Shown here: in pieces, positions 40,545-50,798 of the stretch
Position numbering within the stretch: position 1 is the stretch's first letter
Layout of the letters: each line of letters opens with the position of its first letter
Assembly: GCA_965206645.1 (NCBI GenBank)
Contig: CBDBKE010000004.1
Location: 800,001-864,000 of the forward strand
Reading direction: 5' to 3'
Origin: Terriglobia bacterium
GTDB lineage: Bacteria; Acidobacteriota; Terriglobia; JAJPHL01; JAPKYU01
DNA length: 64,000 bases
Made by a program: the position numbers and the translations under genes
Notes under the pieces: model-generated
The model's database searches: none
Seen by the model: only the letters and a program-made list of their open reading frames with translations
Told to the model about the DNA's origin: nothing

Positions 40545-40718
40545 ATGGGGAAGAAGTCTAAGCCCATCACGGTTGCTGAAGCCGGGCGCCGGGGCGGCAC
40601 GGCACGGGCAAAGAAGTATTCCCGCCAACAGCTCCGGGAGTGGGCGCGTCTGGGCGGCCGGCCCAAGGGCCTGCCCCGGAAGTCGGGCAAGCGTGCAAAA
40701 AAAGCGAGGCAGAGATGA
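40545..40718 (+). CDS. 57-aa basic small protein (KGG-like GRRGG motif), coupled to the integrase
   Basis: MGKKSKPITVAEAGRRGGTARAKKYSRQQLREWARLGGRPKG...; stop overlaps the integrase ATG (ATGA); not in the ORF track. Confidence 0.7.
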   Translation: MGKKSKPITVAEAGRRGGTARAKKYSRQQLREWARLGGRPKGLPRKSGKRAKKARQR

Positions 40719-41951
40719 GTCTCTACAGGCGTGGCAATGTGTGGTGGTACAAGTTCCGCTTCTACGGACAGCTTATCCGGGACTCGGCAAAGACAAACTC
40801 CAAGACTTTGGCGCGGGACGCGGAGAGGGCACGGCGGCGGGAGTTGGAAACGGCGGTCAACCGCATCCCTCGCCGGGAGCGGATGCCCCTCTTTAAGGTG
40901 GGCGCGCGGGAATGGCTCCAGACGAAAGGCGCGCTGGCGGAAAAGAGCTTGGTTCGTTATAAGGGGTGCGTGCAAAACCTAACTGACCACTTCGGAGGTC
41001 GGCTTGTGTGCGACATCGGTCCCCAGGATATCGCTAACTACCAGCGCAAGAGGCTCACCGCTGACAAGTCGCACCGCACCGTCAACTATGAGGTTGGGAC
41101 GCTGCGTGGCATCATGAAGCACTTTGGGCTGTGGGGTCCTATATCGGATAGGGTTAATAGTCTGCCCGAGCGCCACGACGTGGGGCGTGCAATCTCCTTT
41201 GAGGATGAAGAAAAGCTGATTGTTGCAGCCCAGCAGAGCCGCTCAGCTGCGTTGCTTCCGCTGTTGGCCCTCTCTTTGGATTCTGGTCTACGGGCGTCAG
41301 AGGTTCGGGCCCTGCACCGTCGAGATTTGAACTTAGTTTGGCAGGCAGGGGTCATCACCAGCGCTGAGATTGTGGTGCCCAAGTCGAAGACGGACGCAGG
41401 CACTGGCCGCGTGATTCCGCTCACCCGGCGCGCCTGTGCACCGTCGAGATTTGAACTTAGTTTGGCAGGCAGGGGTCATCACCAGCGCTGAGATTGTGGT
41501 GCCCAAGTCGAAGACGGACGCAGGCACTGGCCGCGTGATTCCGCTCACCCGGCGCGCCTGTGCAGTGTTGACAATGTGGTTGTCGCGCTTTCCCAGTGCC
41601 GATCCAGAAAGCTACGTCTTCCCGTGGCACCGAGTAGGACTGAGCGGGAACGGGCGAACACCAGCGATTTCTGGTGTCGACCTGAGCCGCCCAATGGGCT
41701 CCTGGAAGACGGCCTGCAAGAAGGCCGGGGTGAAGTACCGCTGGCACGACAGTCGTCACACGTTCGTTTCCCGACTGGCCGAGAATCCCACCGTAAGTGA
41801 AGAGACGATTCGAGCGCTTGCTGCTCACGTTAGTCAGCGTATGCTCCAACGCTACTCTCATATTCGCCTCCAGGCTAAGCGGGCGGCCATAGAGTCGCTG
41901 GGAAGAGCTACAGCCCTTCAGCCTATCCAGCCGGAAGCGAAGGCCAGCTAG
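40715..41951 (+). pseudogene. Tyrosine recombinase/integrase frameshifted by a 124-bp duplication
   Basis: MSLYRRG arm-binding start, GLRASE, KSK, HDSRH, LAAH, RYSH; split into two frames. Confidence 0.9.
41313..41560. repeat. Exact 2 x 124-bp tandem duplication
   Basis: 41313-41436 = 41437-41560, with TGCA microhomology at the junctions. Confidence 0.95.
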
Positions 41952-41969
41952 CCCCGGATTAGGTAAGGG

Positions 41970-41990
41970 TGGGCACAAAATTGGGCACAG
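41970..41990 (+). promoter_or_regulatory. Putative integrase arm-type sites (2 x TGGGCACA)
   Basis: Direct repeat between the integrase stop and the tRNA 3' end. Confidence 0.5.
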
Positions 41991-42036
41991 TCAAGCGGGC
42001 ATGGGAAAGGGATTGCCGCCAACTGCTTGAGAGCGT

Positions 42037-42113
42037 TGGTGGGCCCGGCTGGATTCGAACCAGCGACCAACGGATTATGAGTCCGCCGCTCTAACCGGCT
42101 GAGCTACGGGCCC
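42037..42113 (-). tRNA. tRNA-Ile2 (CAT, lysidine type); tRNA-Met less likely
   Basis: GGGCCCGTAGCTCAGCCGGTTAGAGCGGCGGACTCATAATCCGTTGGTCGCTGGTTCGAATCCAGCCGGGCCCACCA; ileX-like identity. Confidence 0.9.
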
Positions 42114-42567
42114 TCAATGACTTACAGATATCCCTTTTGCAAGTGTAGGGAAATCTGCAGGGGCTAGCAACGGTTTTGAGCCTCTGGCAGCCTGGAAGTT
42201 TATCTTTTCCAGCAGCTCGAAGGCCCGATGCAAGGTTTGAGGCGAAGAAGTGTACGTATCGCTGGGACACCGCAACTTGTCCCCAGCCCGCCGAGCACCG
42301 GCTAGGGATCACGGAAGCCAGGCGGACAAGGCCACGGTGACGGAGCCACGGGAGGTAAGCGCAGAGTGTAGTCGCGGCCGAAGCTGCCGACAGCACCAGT
42401 GCGGATGGCCGGTTGGACTCTAGCCGTGGGGCCAGGCGAAAGCCCAGCGGGGCAACTGGCCAGCTCACGACGTTGACTCGCCTCCCGACGGGGCGTAGGA
42501 TGGCCGGCGAGAGGTGGTGCTGCCTCTTCTTCCGATTTGTCGTACTAGATACTAGAAAAGGATTCAC

Positions 42568-43329
42568 ATGAAACCTGAGGAACTCCGTCACCAAATGAGG
42601 ACTTTGGGAAACCAGGAGCTTCGACTCCAAGGCACTGCTCTTGCGCTGGTCTTGGCCACGGGGGTAGCGTTGCTTATTGCAGCGCTGCCCCATTGGAGGG
42701 CGAGCTTGGGCCTCTACCGATGGAAAGAGTGGTATTTGCCTCTACTCTGCCTAGTCTGCATTGCTGGGAGCGTTCATTTCAGCCTGAATGCTCGCAAGAA
42801 GCGGAACCTCATCTTCGACGCCCGGAAGCAGCTGGCAGGCCAAGTGGGAGCTAAAGACCTTTCGCTGGTAGACCCATTGACAGGGCTCTTGAATCAGCAG
42901 TATCTGGATCAACGAGTCTCCAAGGAAATCCGATGGGTCGAGCGCATACCGGAAATAAGCCTAACGCTCGTGATGCTCGAATTGAATGGCTTTCGATCTC
43001 TGGGGCACTCTACAGGTGACCGGGTCCTTGAGGGGTTTGCCGAACTCCTCAAGAAAAACTTTCGCGGTTCGGACACCCTCATCCGCTACGGCAAGGATGA
43101 ATTCGTGGTGCTGATGCTTGGTGTTCGCGAGCAGAAGGCCCAAATGGTCGTCGAACGTTTGTATGAGATGGCCGATCGCTGGAACAGCGAGCACCCCATC
43201 AAGGGTTACAAACTGGCCTTTCATTGGGGACTTATAACGTACTCGAAGGGGGCGCAAATTGGGAACCTGCTAGAGACTGCACATCAACGCATGGGACAGC
43301 AAAAAGCCCAGCAAGGTTCCGCGAGCTGA
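42568..43329 (+). CDS. Membrane GGDEF-domain protein with degenerate active site (GKDEF)
   Basis: Two TM segments, DPLTGLLN, RGSD I-site, RYGKDEF. Confidence 0.8.
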   Translation: MKPEELRHQMRTLGNQELRLQGTALALVLATGVALLIAALPHWRASLGLYRWKEWYLPLLCLVCIAGSVHFSLNARKKRNLIFDARKQLAGQVGAKDLSLVDPLTGLLNQQYLDQRVSKEIRWVERIPEISLTLVMLELNGFRSLGHSTGDRVLEGFAELLKKNFRGSDTLIRYGKDEFVVLMLGVREQKAQMVVERLYEMADRWNSEHPIKGYKLAFHWGLITYSKGAQIGNLLETAHQRMGQQKAQQGSAS

Positions 43330-43543
43330 ATTGACTAGGTTGCAGCTGTGTATGCTTTTTGGCCAAAGGGAAGCTCAAATGGGAAATTCGGGATGACCCC
43401 ACATTCGTGGTGCGCACATGGAGCAGGGCTTGCTCTGCAACTCCTCAATCCGATCGGAGGCAAGTGATCCTCGTACGGCCGTGCCGAAGTTCAGAGTGGC
43501 CTCTGAGATACAGTGGGATACCCGAATACGGACTCGTGGAGGA

Positions 43544-44674
43544 ATGATGAAACGAAACAGAGCAGCGGTTTTGGTTTTCCTGGTGCTCGCGGGATCGGTT
43601 CTCCTCTGCAATCCGCGACTTGCTGCGCCCGCGCCTTCCCCGAAGAAGGCCCGGAACCTGGTGCTGTTTGTGGGCGACGGCATGGGACTTTCCACCATTA
43701 ACACCGCCAGCATTTACGGACACCAGCGCAGCCGCGCGCTCTTCATCCAGTCGCTGCCCCACCTCGGCCTGTCGGACACTTCTTCGGCCGATTCGTGGGT
43801 GACCGACTCGGCCGCGGGGATGACGGCGCTGATGACCGGCAGTAAAACGCTGAATGGGGTCATCAGCCAGGGTCCGCAAGGCTTGGTGCGCGGAAAAAAA
43901 GACGGCCCGGTACTGAAAACGTTGCTGGAGTATGCCGAAGAGCGCGGCCTCTCAACCGGTCTGATGACCAACGACAGGATCACTGGTGCAACGCCCGCCG
44001 TCTGCTACGCGCACGTGAATGATCGCTCGAAAGAGACCGAGATCGCCCTGCAGTTGCTGGCGCCACGCTTCGGCGACGGCGTGGATGTGCTGGTGGGTGT
44101 GGGCCGTGACTCATTCCTGCCCCGAACCGCGGGCGGCAAGCGCAACGATGGGCGCGACCTGATCGCCGAAATGCGCACCCGCGGTTATCACTACGCGCGA
44201 ACGCCGGAAGAGTTCCTGGCGGTCCAGCCGAACAAGGACGGCAAGGTGCTGGCGCTGTTTGCCTGCCTGTACGAACCGGAGGCAGCGGTGGAAAAGGCGA
44301 TTTTCCTTCTCTCCCGAAATCCCCGCGGCTACTTCCTGATGGTGGAATGGAACAGCCACCAGAACAGCGCCCGTGAGACGCTGGACAACACGCTGCGCCT
44401 GGACCGCAGTGCCCGGCGAGCCCGGGCCCTAACCGATCCCCGTCAGACGCTGCTGGTGGTGACCGCTGACCATTCCTACGACCTGCGCCTGACGGAGGCC
44501 AAAATCGGCGACGACGTCTTGTCGCACGTCCAGATCACCGGAGGCCGCCATACCGCTGAAGAAGTGATGGTGGCCGCCGACGGCCCCGGGGCCGAGCGGA
44601 TCCGCGGCTTCCTCTCCAATACTGACGTGTTCCATGTGATGAAGGCCGCGCTAGGCTTCCCTCCCGCGCGGTAA
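43544..44674 (+). CDS. Alkaline phosphatase family protein
   Basis: Signal peptide, GDGMG, VTDSAA, ATPA, FLMVE, VTADH. Confidence 0.88.
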   Translation: MMKRNRAAVLVFLVLAGSVLLCNPRLAAPAPSPKKARNLVLFVGDGMGLSTINTASIYGHQRSRALFIQSLPHLGLSDTSSADSWVTDSAAGMTALMTGSKTLNGVISQGPQGLVRGKKDGPVLKTLLEYAEERGLSTGLMTNDRITGATPAVCYAHVNDRSKETEIALQLLAPRFGDGVDVLVGVGRDSFLPRTAGGKRNDGRDLIAEMRTRGYHYARTPEEFLAVQPNKDGKVLALFACLYEPEAAVEKAIFLLSRNPRGYFLMVEWNSHQNSARETLDNTLRLDRSARRARALTDPRQTLLVVTADHSYDLRLTEAKIGDDVLSHVQITGGRHTAEEVMVAADGPGAERIRGFLSNTDVFHVMKAALGFPPAR

Positions 44675-44860
44675 TCCCGGGAGGCTGCGAGCACCTACAG
44701 TTACCAGAAAAACAGAAATGTCAGCGCGAGTAAGCCCCTCGGTTGACTTGCTCGCAGGAGCGGCCTAAGATGCGCACTCGCGGGTTTCGTATTTCGAAAG
44801 AATTTTCCGACCCTTTTACTGTGTCGAAGACCACACGAAATAAGAAAGCAGTGAGTCTCA

Positions 44861-46561
44861 ATGACTAAGTATGCAAAGCACTGTTCGATTCTCATCCTTG
44901 TTGGTTTGGTGTCGTCCGTCTTCGTGGAAGCGGAGGACCTCTACAATGGGATAAAGCTTCCCAAGGATTGGCCACCGAACTACGGCACCCTCACTCGTGA
45001 ACCAATGCGCGTACCGTATCTTGAGTCCCCGCCGGAAGTCGTTCCCATAGACGTTGGCCGCCAACTCTTCGTGGACGATTTCCTCATCGAACAGACCACG
45101 CTCAAACGGACGTTTCACCTCCCCGAGTACCATCCCGAAAACCCTGTCGTGACTTATGACAGACCGTGGGAACAGAAGGGAAGACCTCCCTTCGAGCCGA
45201 TTTACAGCGACCAGCCGGAGGAACAGAAGCACACAGTTCCCTTCGCGGCGGTTTACAGCGGCGGTGTTTGGCATGATCCCGCAGACGGGCTCTTCAAGAT
45301 GTGGTACACCGGCGGATACCTGAGGACCACTAGCTACGCCACGAGCAAGGACGGGATCCACTGGGACAAACCTGCGCTCAATGTCGAAGAGGGTACCAAC
45401 ATTACGTTAACGCACAACCGGGATTCGAGCACGGTCTGGTTGGACCACGAGGAAAAGGACTCCAGCTGCCGATACAAGATGTTCGCCACGGCAAGCCAGA
45501 AAGGATGGCGGCTAACGCTGCGCTGTTCGCCGGACGGGATCCACTGGTCCGAGCCCTTGGCGACCTCCCCGAAAATCGGTGACAGGACAACCGTCTTCTA
45601 CAACCCCTTCCGCAAGGTGTGGGTCTACAGTCTGCGGATCAACTACCCAGGCATGGGACGGTCACGCGCCTACCGAGAGCACTCAAATCCGATTGCGGGA
45701 TTGAGTTGGAAAGACGAGGACCAGGTCCTCTGGGTGGGCGCCGACAGGCTTGATCCGCACCATCCCAAGTTCCCCAAGATCGAGCCACAGCTCTACAACC
45801 TGGACGCTGTTGCTTATGAAAGCCTGATTGTCGGCCTGTTTACTGTTCATCAGGGGCCGCCCAACCGGGAATGTGCTCGGCTCAAGATCCAAAAACGAAA
45901 CGAGGTCTTGCTGGGGTACAGCCGCGACGGGTTTCACTGGTATCGCCCGGACCGCCGGCGTTTCTTGGGAGTCACGGAGAAAGACGGCGATTGGAACTGG
46001 GGCAACGTGCAGTCCGCTGGAGGCGGTTGCTTGGTGGTCGGAGACAAGCTCTATTTCTACGTCAGCGGCCGTAACCGGTCGCCGGAGTTTTGGGACGGAA
46101 GGGCCAGTACCGGTCTGGCTATGCTACGGCGTGACGGCTTTGCGTCAATGGACGCAGGCAAGGCTCCAGGTGTGCTGACCACAAGACCTGTACGCTTCAC
46201 GGGCAAGTATCTGTTCGTCAACGCCGATGCTGACGGCGGAGAACTGCGTGTCGAGGTCCTTGGCGCAGATGGCAAAGTTATCGAGCCGCTTACCCGCCAA
46301 AACTGCGTAGCCGTGACGGCCGACAAGACGCTTCAGCGCGTTACTTGGAAAGGGGTCAAGGACCTGTCTACCGTGGCGGGCACACCAGTGCGGTTCCGTT
46401 TTCACCTGAGGAATGGTCGTCTGTACGCCTTCTGGGTCAGTCCCGAAAAGAACGGAGCCAGCCGGGGCTACGTTGCAGCAGGAGGACCAGGCTTCACTGG
46501 TCCGACAGACACTGTCGGCTCAGCAGCCTGCCGGGTCGTAGAGAAAGATGCGAAGAGATGA
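44861..46561 (+). CDS. Secreted five-bladed beta-propeller glycoside hydrolase-like protein (GH32/GH43-like)
   Basis: GRQLFVDDFLI, repeated SxDGIHW/SRDGFHW, LRRDGFASM. Confidence 0.65.
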   Translation: MTKYAKHCSILILVGLVSSVFVEAEDLYNGIKLPKDWPPNYGTLTREPMRVPYLESPPEVVPIDVGRQLFVDDFLIEQTTLKRTFHLPEYHPENPVVTYDRPWEQKGRPPFEPIYSDQPEEQKHTVPFAAVYSGGVWHDPADGLFKMWYTGGYLRTTSYATSKDGIHWDKPALNVEEGTNITLTHNRDSSTVWLDHEEKDSSCRYKMFATASQKGWRLTLRCSPDGIHWSEPLATSPKIGDRTTVFYNPFRKVWVYSLRINYPGMGRSRAYREHSNPIAGLSWKDEDQVLWVGADRLDPHHPKFPKIEPQLYNLDAVAYESLIVGLFTVHQGPPNRECARLKIQKRNEVLLGYSRDGFHWYRPDRRRFLGVTEKDGDWNWGNVQSAGGGCLVVGDKLYFYVSGRNRSPEFWDGRASTGLAMLRRDGFASMDAGKAPGVLTTRPVRFTGKYLFVNADADGGELRVEVLGADGKVIEPLTRQNCVAVTADKTLQRVTWKGVKDLSTVAGTPVRFRFHLRNGRLYAFWVSPEKNGASRGYVAAGGPGFTGPTDTVGSAACRVVEKDAKR

Positions 46562-46612
46562 CGCGACCCGTCGCCCTCGTCACAAATGTCAGCGTATTGA
46601 TGAAACGAGACA

Positions 46613-49152
46613 CTAAGGTGTGATGTTCCGTGCCGGCGCGAAACGAATCTTTTTCTTCAGGAGGGCTTTCTCCCGGCGCATGTGTTCACGCCGATAAACG
46701 AGATAGTTGCCGAGATTGGCCCCTAGCCAGCCCGACGGTGGTCCAATGGGGCCGCTGAACTCGTCTTCGAAGATCACCTTGCCATCCAGACCGGTCACAC
46801 GGAAGTTATCGTATCTCTGGGGCGTCGCCTCATTGTGGAGCAATCCCACTGCACCCGCGAGATTGCGTCGTCTTGTAACCAAAGGGTCGATGGAGTCGCC
46901 GTCCTGAGCCCCTTGCAAGTCTTCCACCAGTCCTGACCAGCGCGCGTCACCAACGGATTGGCTCACGCTAAAAGTTTTGGCGCCGTCGGAAACCGTAAAG
47001 CTGGCTTGCGATCCCTCCACTCGCGCACTCAGATGGATGTTCGGGCCGAGATCAGCGATTTTCCTCACTTTCGGGGGAGTGCCCCGCACACCCGCATACC
47101 ATTCGTACAGGCCGATCGTGTTCCGGTTTCGGTTATAGTGCGCCTGCAGGAAGTCCATTTTGCCGGTGAATCGAAGTAGGATGCTGGCGTCCGTATCGTT
47201 CTTCGCCTCCACGCTGACCTGAACATCCCGCGCCTCCACGTTCGCTGCGGTCAGTTTCAAGCTGCCCGCCACGACCAGCGCTCCATCCGAGATCGTCGCT
47301 GAAGCTTTCCCGGCGCGTGGCGAAATATCCACCACCGTGTTGCCCCGCATCCGAATCGTATAGGTGGTTCCCCACGCTCCATTTGTCCGCCGGAAGGTTT
47401 GCTCCACCATGGGAAACTCCACCACGATTTCCATTCCGGGCTCCACCGGCGCGAAAACCAGATAGTTGTTGAGCCATTCCGCTTTCACCACCTGGGCAGC
47501 GACTCGGCAAACAACCTCTCCCTTGCTGACCCAGTTCGGAATGCGGATGTAGATCCGGCGAGCGGACTTGTTCCGAATAACCACCTTCCCCTGATAGGGC
47601 AGGTAGATGTCCAGATCCAACTGCCGGGAGGCTCGATTGAGCAACAAGTTGATCTGAGCCGTTCCCTTGCCCTTGTCCTGCACGATCCCCTGCCACACAT
47701 GATAGAGAGTCTGGGATCCGTTGTGGTTACAGCAGTAATAGTTACTAGGAGCTGGCACCTGGGTCACCAGACCATTGACGGCAAAGCTCCCCACACTCCG
47801 CTCGATCGCCCGATCATCGGTCTCCATGGGGAAGTTGGCTTGGTGCGGTGGAGCCGCCGCGGAAATCTTCTCCAGCTGCTCGCGGTCGACAAACTGCGAC
47901 TCCACTAAAAAGTTGCGCGCAGCCCGTTCCACATCCTCCCAGTAGTCCCCCACTCCCGCCTCCGACAGCCTCACCGCCAACATGATCGGACGCCCCGCCG
48001 AACATGTCTCATACCACGGCGTCCCAATTCCCGTCGGAAACCACCCGATCTCCGGGATGCCGAAGTTCCGGGTATACTCGTAACCCTGGCGCACGAACTG
48101 TTTCAGCTCGGTGGCATTGGTCACCAGCGCATACTCCAGCAGCCCCTGATGCGCAATCAAACGCGAGGTCAGGTGCGAGGAATAGTGTCCCCGTTCCTCA
48201 CTCGCGATGCTGGGGTCCTCGATCTCCGGTGCCCAAAACTCCCGCCTCCGCAGCGTATTGGCCAGCCGGTGGGCCAACCGAAGCGCCTCCTGGTCTCCGG
48301 TCAATCTCACATAGGTGGCGATCGCCCGAAGATAACTGCCATGGGTGAACGAGTCGTCGACATCGTAGACCAGTTGCGGCAGAGAGGCCGGATAGCCCGA
48401 TTTGGAATAGTGCAACCAAACAAGGGAGGCAGATAAGCTCGGTCGGGGCCGGCGTCGCGGACGAGCACATCGCGAATGGTCCGGTAAATCTTGCCGGCCT
48501 GTTCGAGCCACAGAGGATTCCCGTCATATTGATACCAGTAGAGCATGCCCTGCAGCAGCCGAGGGATCACAGGAAGATGAGCTACCTCGGCGGACTTGGG
48601 ATCCATCCAAGGCCGACTCCTCGCCGGCGGCGAATAAAGCAGACCGTCCTCCCGGCTCATGGCCATAATCCGCAACATCATCTTCTGCTCAATCTCTAAG
48701 CCTTGCTCGCTCCCGCTCATCAAGCGCATTTGGGGCAGCGCCTCGACCAGCTTCATTTGCTCCACGTATCCCCCTGCCCCACCGTGGGTCATGCAGGCTG
48801 GCTTGGCGGCAAAATGGGTGCCCCGGTACATTTCATAACCTTGCGCCGGATCGAGCATTCCTGTCAGCGCGTTGAGCGCCAGCGCACCCCGATCCGCCAG
48901 ATCCAATGTCTCCGGAAGCAGGGCTTCGTAGTAGTCCCCTAGCGGCGCCTTGATCACCATCCGCTCTGCAATCGCCTGCTCGTTCGCTTGCATTTTCTGT
49001 TCCCAGGCGGCCAATCTGGTCTTTCCAACGGCGTCTTCCTGAGGATCCTGACTCCAAGCCACCCAACCGCAGGCTAGAACGAAGACACTCGCTCCGAGGA
49101 GCAAGCGCGCCCCCTGTTTGCATCCTCCGACACGAGGGATCATGTTTTTCAC
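46613..49152 (-). pseudogene. Secreted GH127-like (alpha/alpha)6 protein split by a frameshift near 48420
   Basis: N-part 48307-49152 (signal peptide, PETLDLA) overlaps C-part 46613-48511 (ETC, ERAARN, CC) in another frame. Confidence 0.6.
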
Positions 49153-49219
49153 TTTGTCTCTCCCCTTCGGGAGGATTATTTAAGGGAAAATTCTTTGACC
49201 ATCAAGGAAAGATCCTCAA

Positions 49220-50410
49220 TTAGGGGAGAGCCAGCGTATCCTTCCCGTCGGTCAACCTGTCGAGCCCGTCGGTCAACCAGTCGAGCGTGAACCGCGCAAA
49301 AGTGATTCTTTCGTAGGGTTGTTGGGCACCGCGCTCGTAAAGACAGGCGATCGACCCATCCGACAACACGGCCAGATTCGAGTAGGCTGAGGGACCCTCG
49401 TGGAGCAGCTTCGAGATCGGCCATGTTTTGCCGTCATCGTAGCTGAGACGCACGGTCACATGGTCGCGAGTCATGCTGGCGGGATTGGAAAACAAGATTC
49501 GACTCTTCCCGTTTTGATCCGCCCAAGTATAACGAAGAATACTGGCCTGGCAGACGGCTTCGACCAGTGTTGCATCATCGCTGCTCGCCGACCAACTGAG
49601 GCCGCCATCTTTGCTGATGGCAACCGCTCGGCGATTCTTTCCACGATAGCTTCGCATGTTTAACATCAAGGCACCGTCGACCAGCTCGACGATTGTGCTT
49701 TCGTTCATCGCGTAATCGGTGCCCTGCCCAGGTTTCCACGTCTTGCCGTGATCATCGGAATAAATGACATGAGAGCGTCCCTTCGTCTCCATGTCCTTAT
49801 GCCATGCGCCCACGATGTGATCACAGGGAATCACAAGACGGCCCTTGTTCGGTCCGGAGCGCAACTGGATTCCGCTCCCCGGTCCGGTCGCATACCAGCC
49901 CCAGTCCGGTTTCTTCACATCCTGGGTGATGCGCCTCGGTTCAACCCATGTCTTCCCATCGTCTTGGCTTTGGGTGATAAAGACGTCCCTGTTATTGCGG
50001 CAGAACGCCAACCAGACAATGCCGTTGTCCCGGTCGACCACTGGAGCGGGGTTTCCAATCGTGATGTTTTCGCTGCCACCTTCGGCGTAAACGGCCTGTT
50101 GTCTACTCCAACTGCGACCCGCATCCGTGGATCGCTTGAGAACCAGATCGATATCGCCGTGATCCGTGGGGCCGGGTTTTCGCCGTTCGGCTTCGGAGAA
50201 AGCCAGAAGCGTGCCTCGGTTGGTGACGACCAGCGCCGGGATGCGATAGGAAAGGTAGCCGTCGGCACCACTGACGAAAACGTCTGTCTGCTTCAGCGGT
50301 TGCGCTTTGTCCGCACCCGACAGCAGCCAGACAGTTAGTAGGCAAGCGGCGGGAAACAGCGCATGAGGGGGCCTCAAGCGTCCAACGCTCCCATGCAATC
50401 GCTTTTCCAC
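49220..50410 (-). CDS. Sialidase family protein (GH33, BNR/Asp-box)
   Basis: YRIP motif, Asp boxes SxDxGxTW, AYS..LYE. Confidence 0.9.
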   Translation of the reverse strand: MEKRLHGSVGRLRPPHALFPAACLLTVWLLSGADKAQPLKQTDVFVSGADGYLSYRIPALVVTNRGTLLAFSEAERRKPGPTDHGDIDLVLKRSTDAGRSWSRQQAVYAEGGSENITIGNPAPVVDRDNGIVWLAFCRNNRDVFITQSQDDGKTWVEPRRITQDVKKPDWGWYATGPGSGIQLRSGPNKGRLVIPCDHIVGAWHKDMETKGRSHVIYSDDHGKTWKPGQGTDYAMNESTIVELVDGALMLNMRSYRGKNRRAVAISKDGGLSWSASSDDATLVEAVCQASILRYTWADQNGKSRILFSNPASMTRDHVTVRLSYDDGKTWPISKLLHEGPSAYSNLAVLSDGSIACLYERGAQQPYERITFARFTLDWLTDGLDRLTDGKDTLALP

Positions 50411-50667
50411 GCCTCCGACTCCAATCGATGCCCCCTAGAATCGGATTCCCGATTTCAACTCTGGTTCAACCGAAAAGCACAAAGCCGCCCATTTTTGCGC
50501 GTAAATCCAGGCGGCCACAAGCCCTTAGGACCCTTCGTGGGATTTTTCTAAATCTCCGCGACCCAACACATAAGTCGGTGGAACGAGTTTCGTCTACATA
50601 TGGGCCAGCACTCTGGCAGACGGAAGATCGAGGAGCCCATCGAAGTGAACACCGTGCGAGGCTTCCT

Positions 50668-50784
50668 TCACAAGGCATTCGCCGTCATGCCGCAGATGGA
50701 TTCGCCGTCTCCGGTGGTGATCAGCGTCGCGTCGGTCGCAAAGCATCCCATGATCCGACGCTGCGCCATCGTATCCATAGCCAC
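50668..50784 (-). pseudogene. Flavin reductase N-terminal remnant
   Basis: RRIMGCFATDATLITT...GMTANAL* directly after the LLM monooxygenase. Confidence 0.65.
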
Positions 50785-50798
50785 GATAGCCTCGGTCC

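Larger units (their letters stand above)
32604..42113. mobile_element. Integrative element / satellite-like remnant inserted in tRNA-Ile2
   Basis: Direct repeats of the tRNA 3' half, tyrosine integrase next to the tRNA, excisionase-like HTH, IS-riddled interior. Confidence 0.8.

Noticed and set aside
43387-43526. MITE-like inverted repeat TTCGGG..CCCAC / GTGGG..CCCGAA
   Set aside because: Short and imperfect, with no target duplication or second copy in the window
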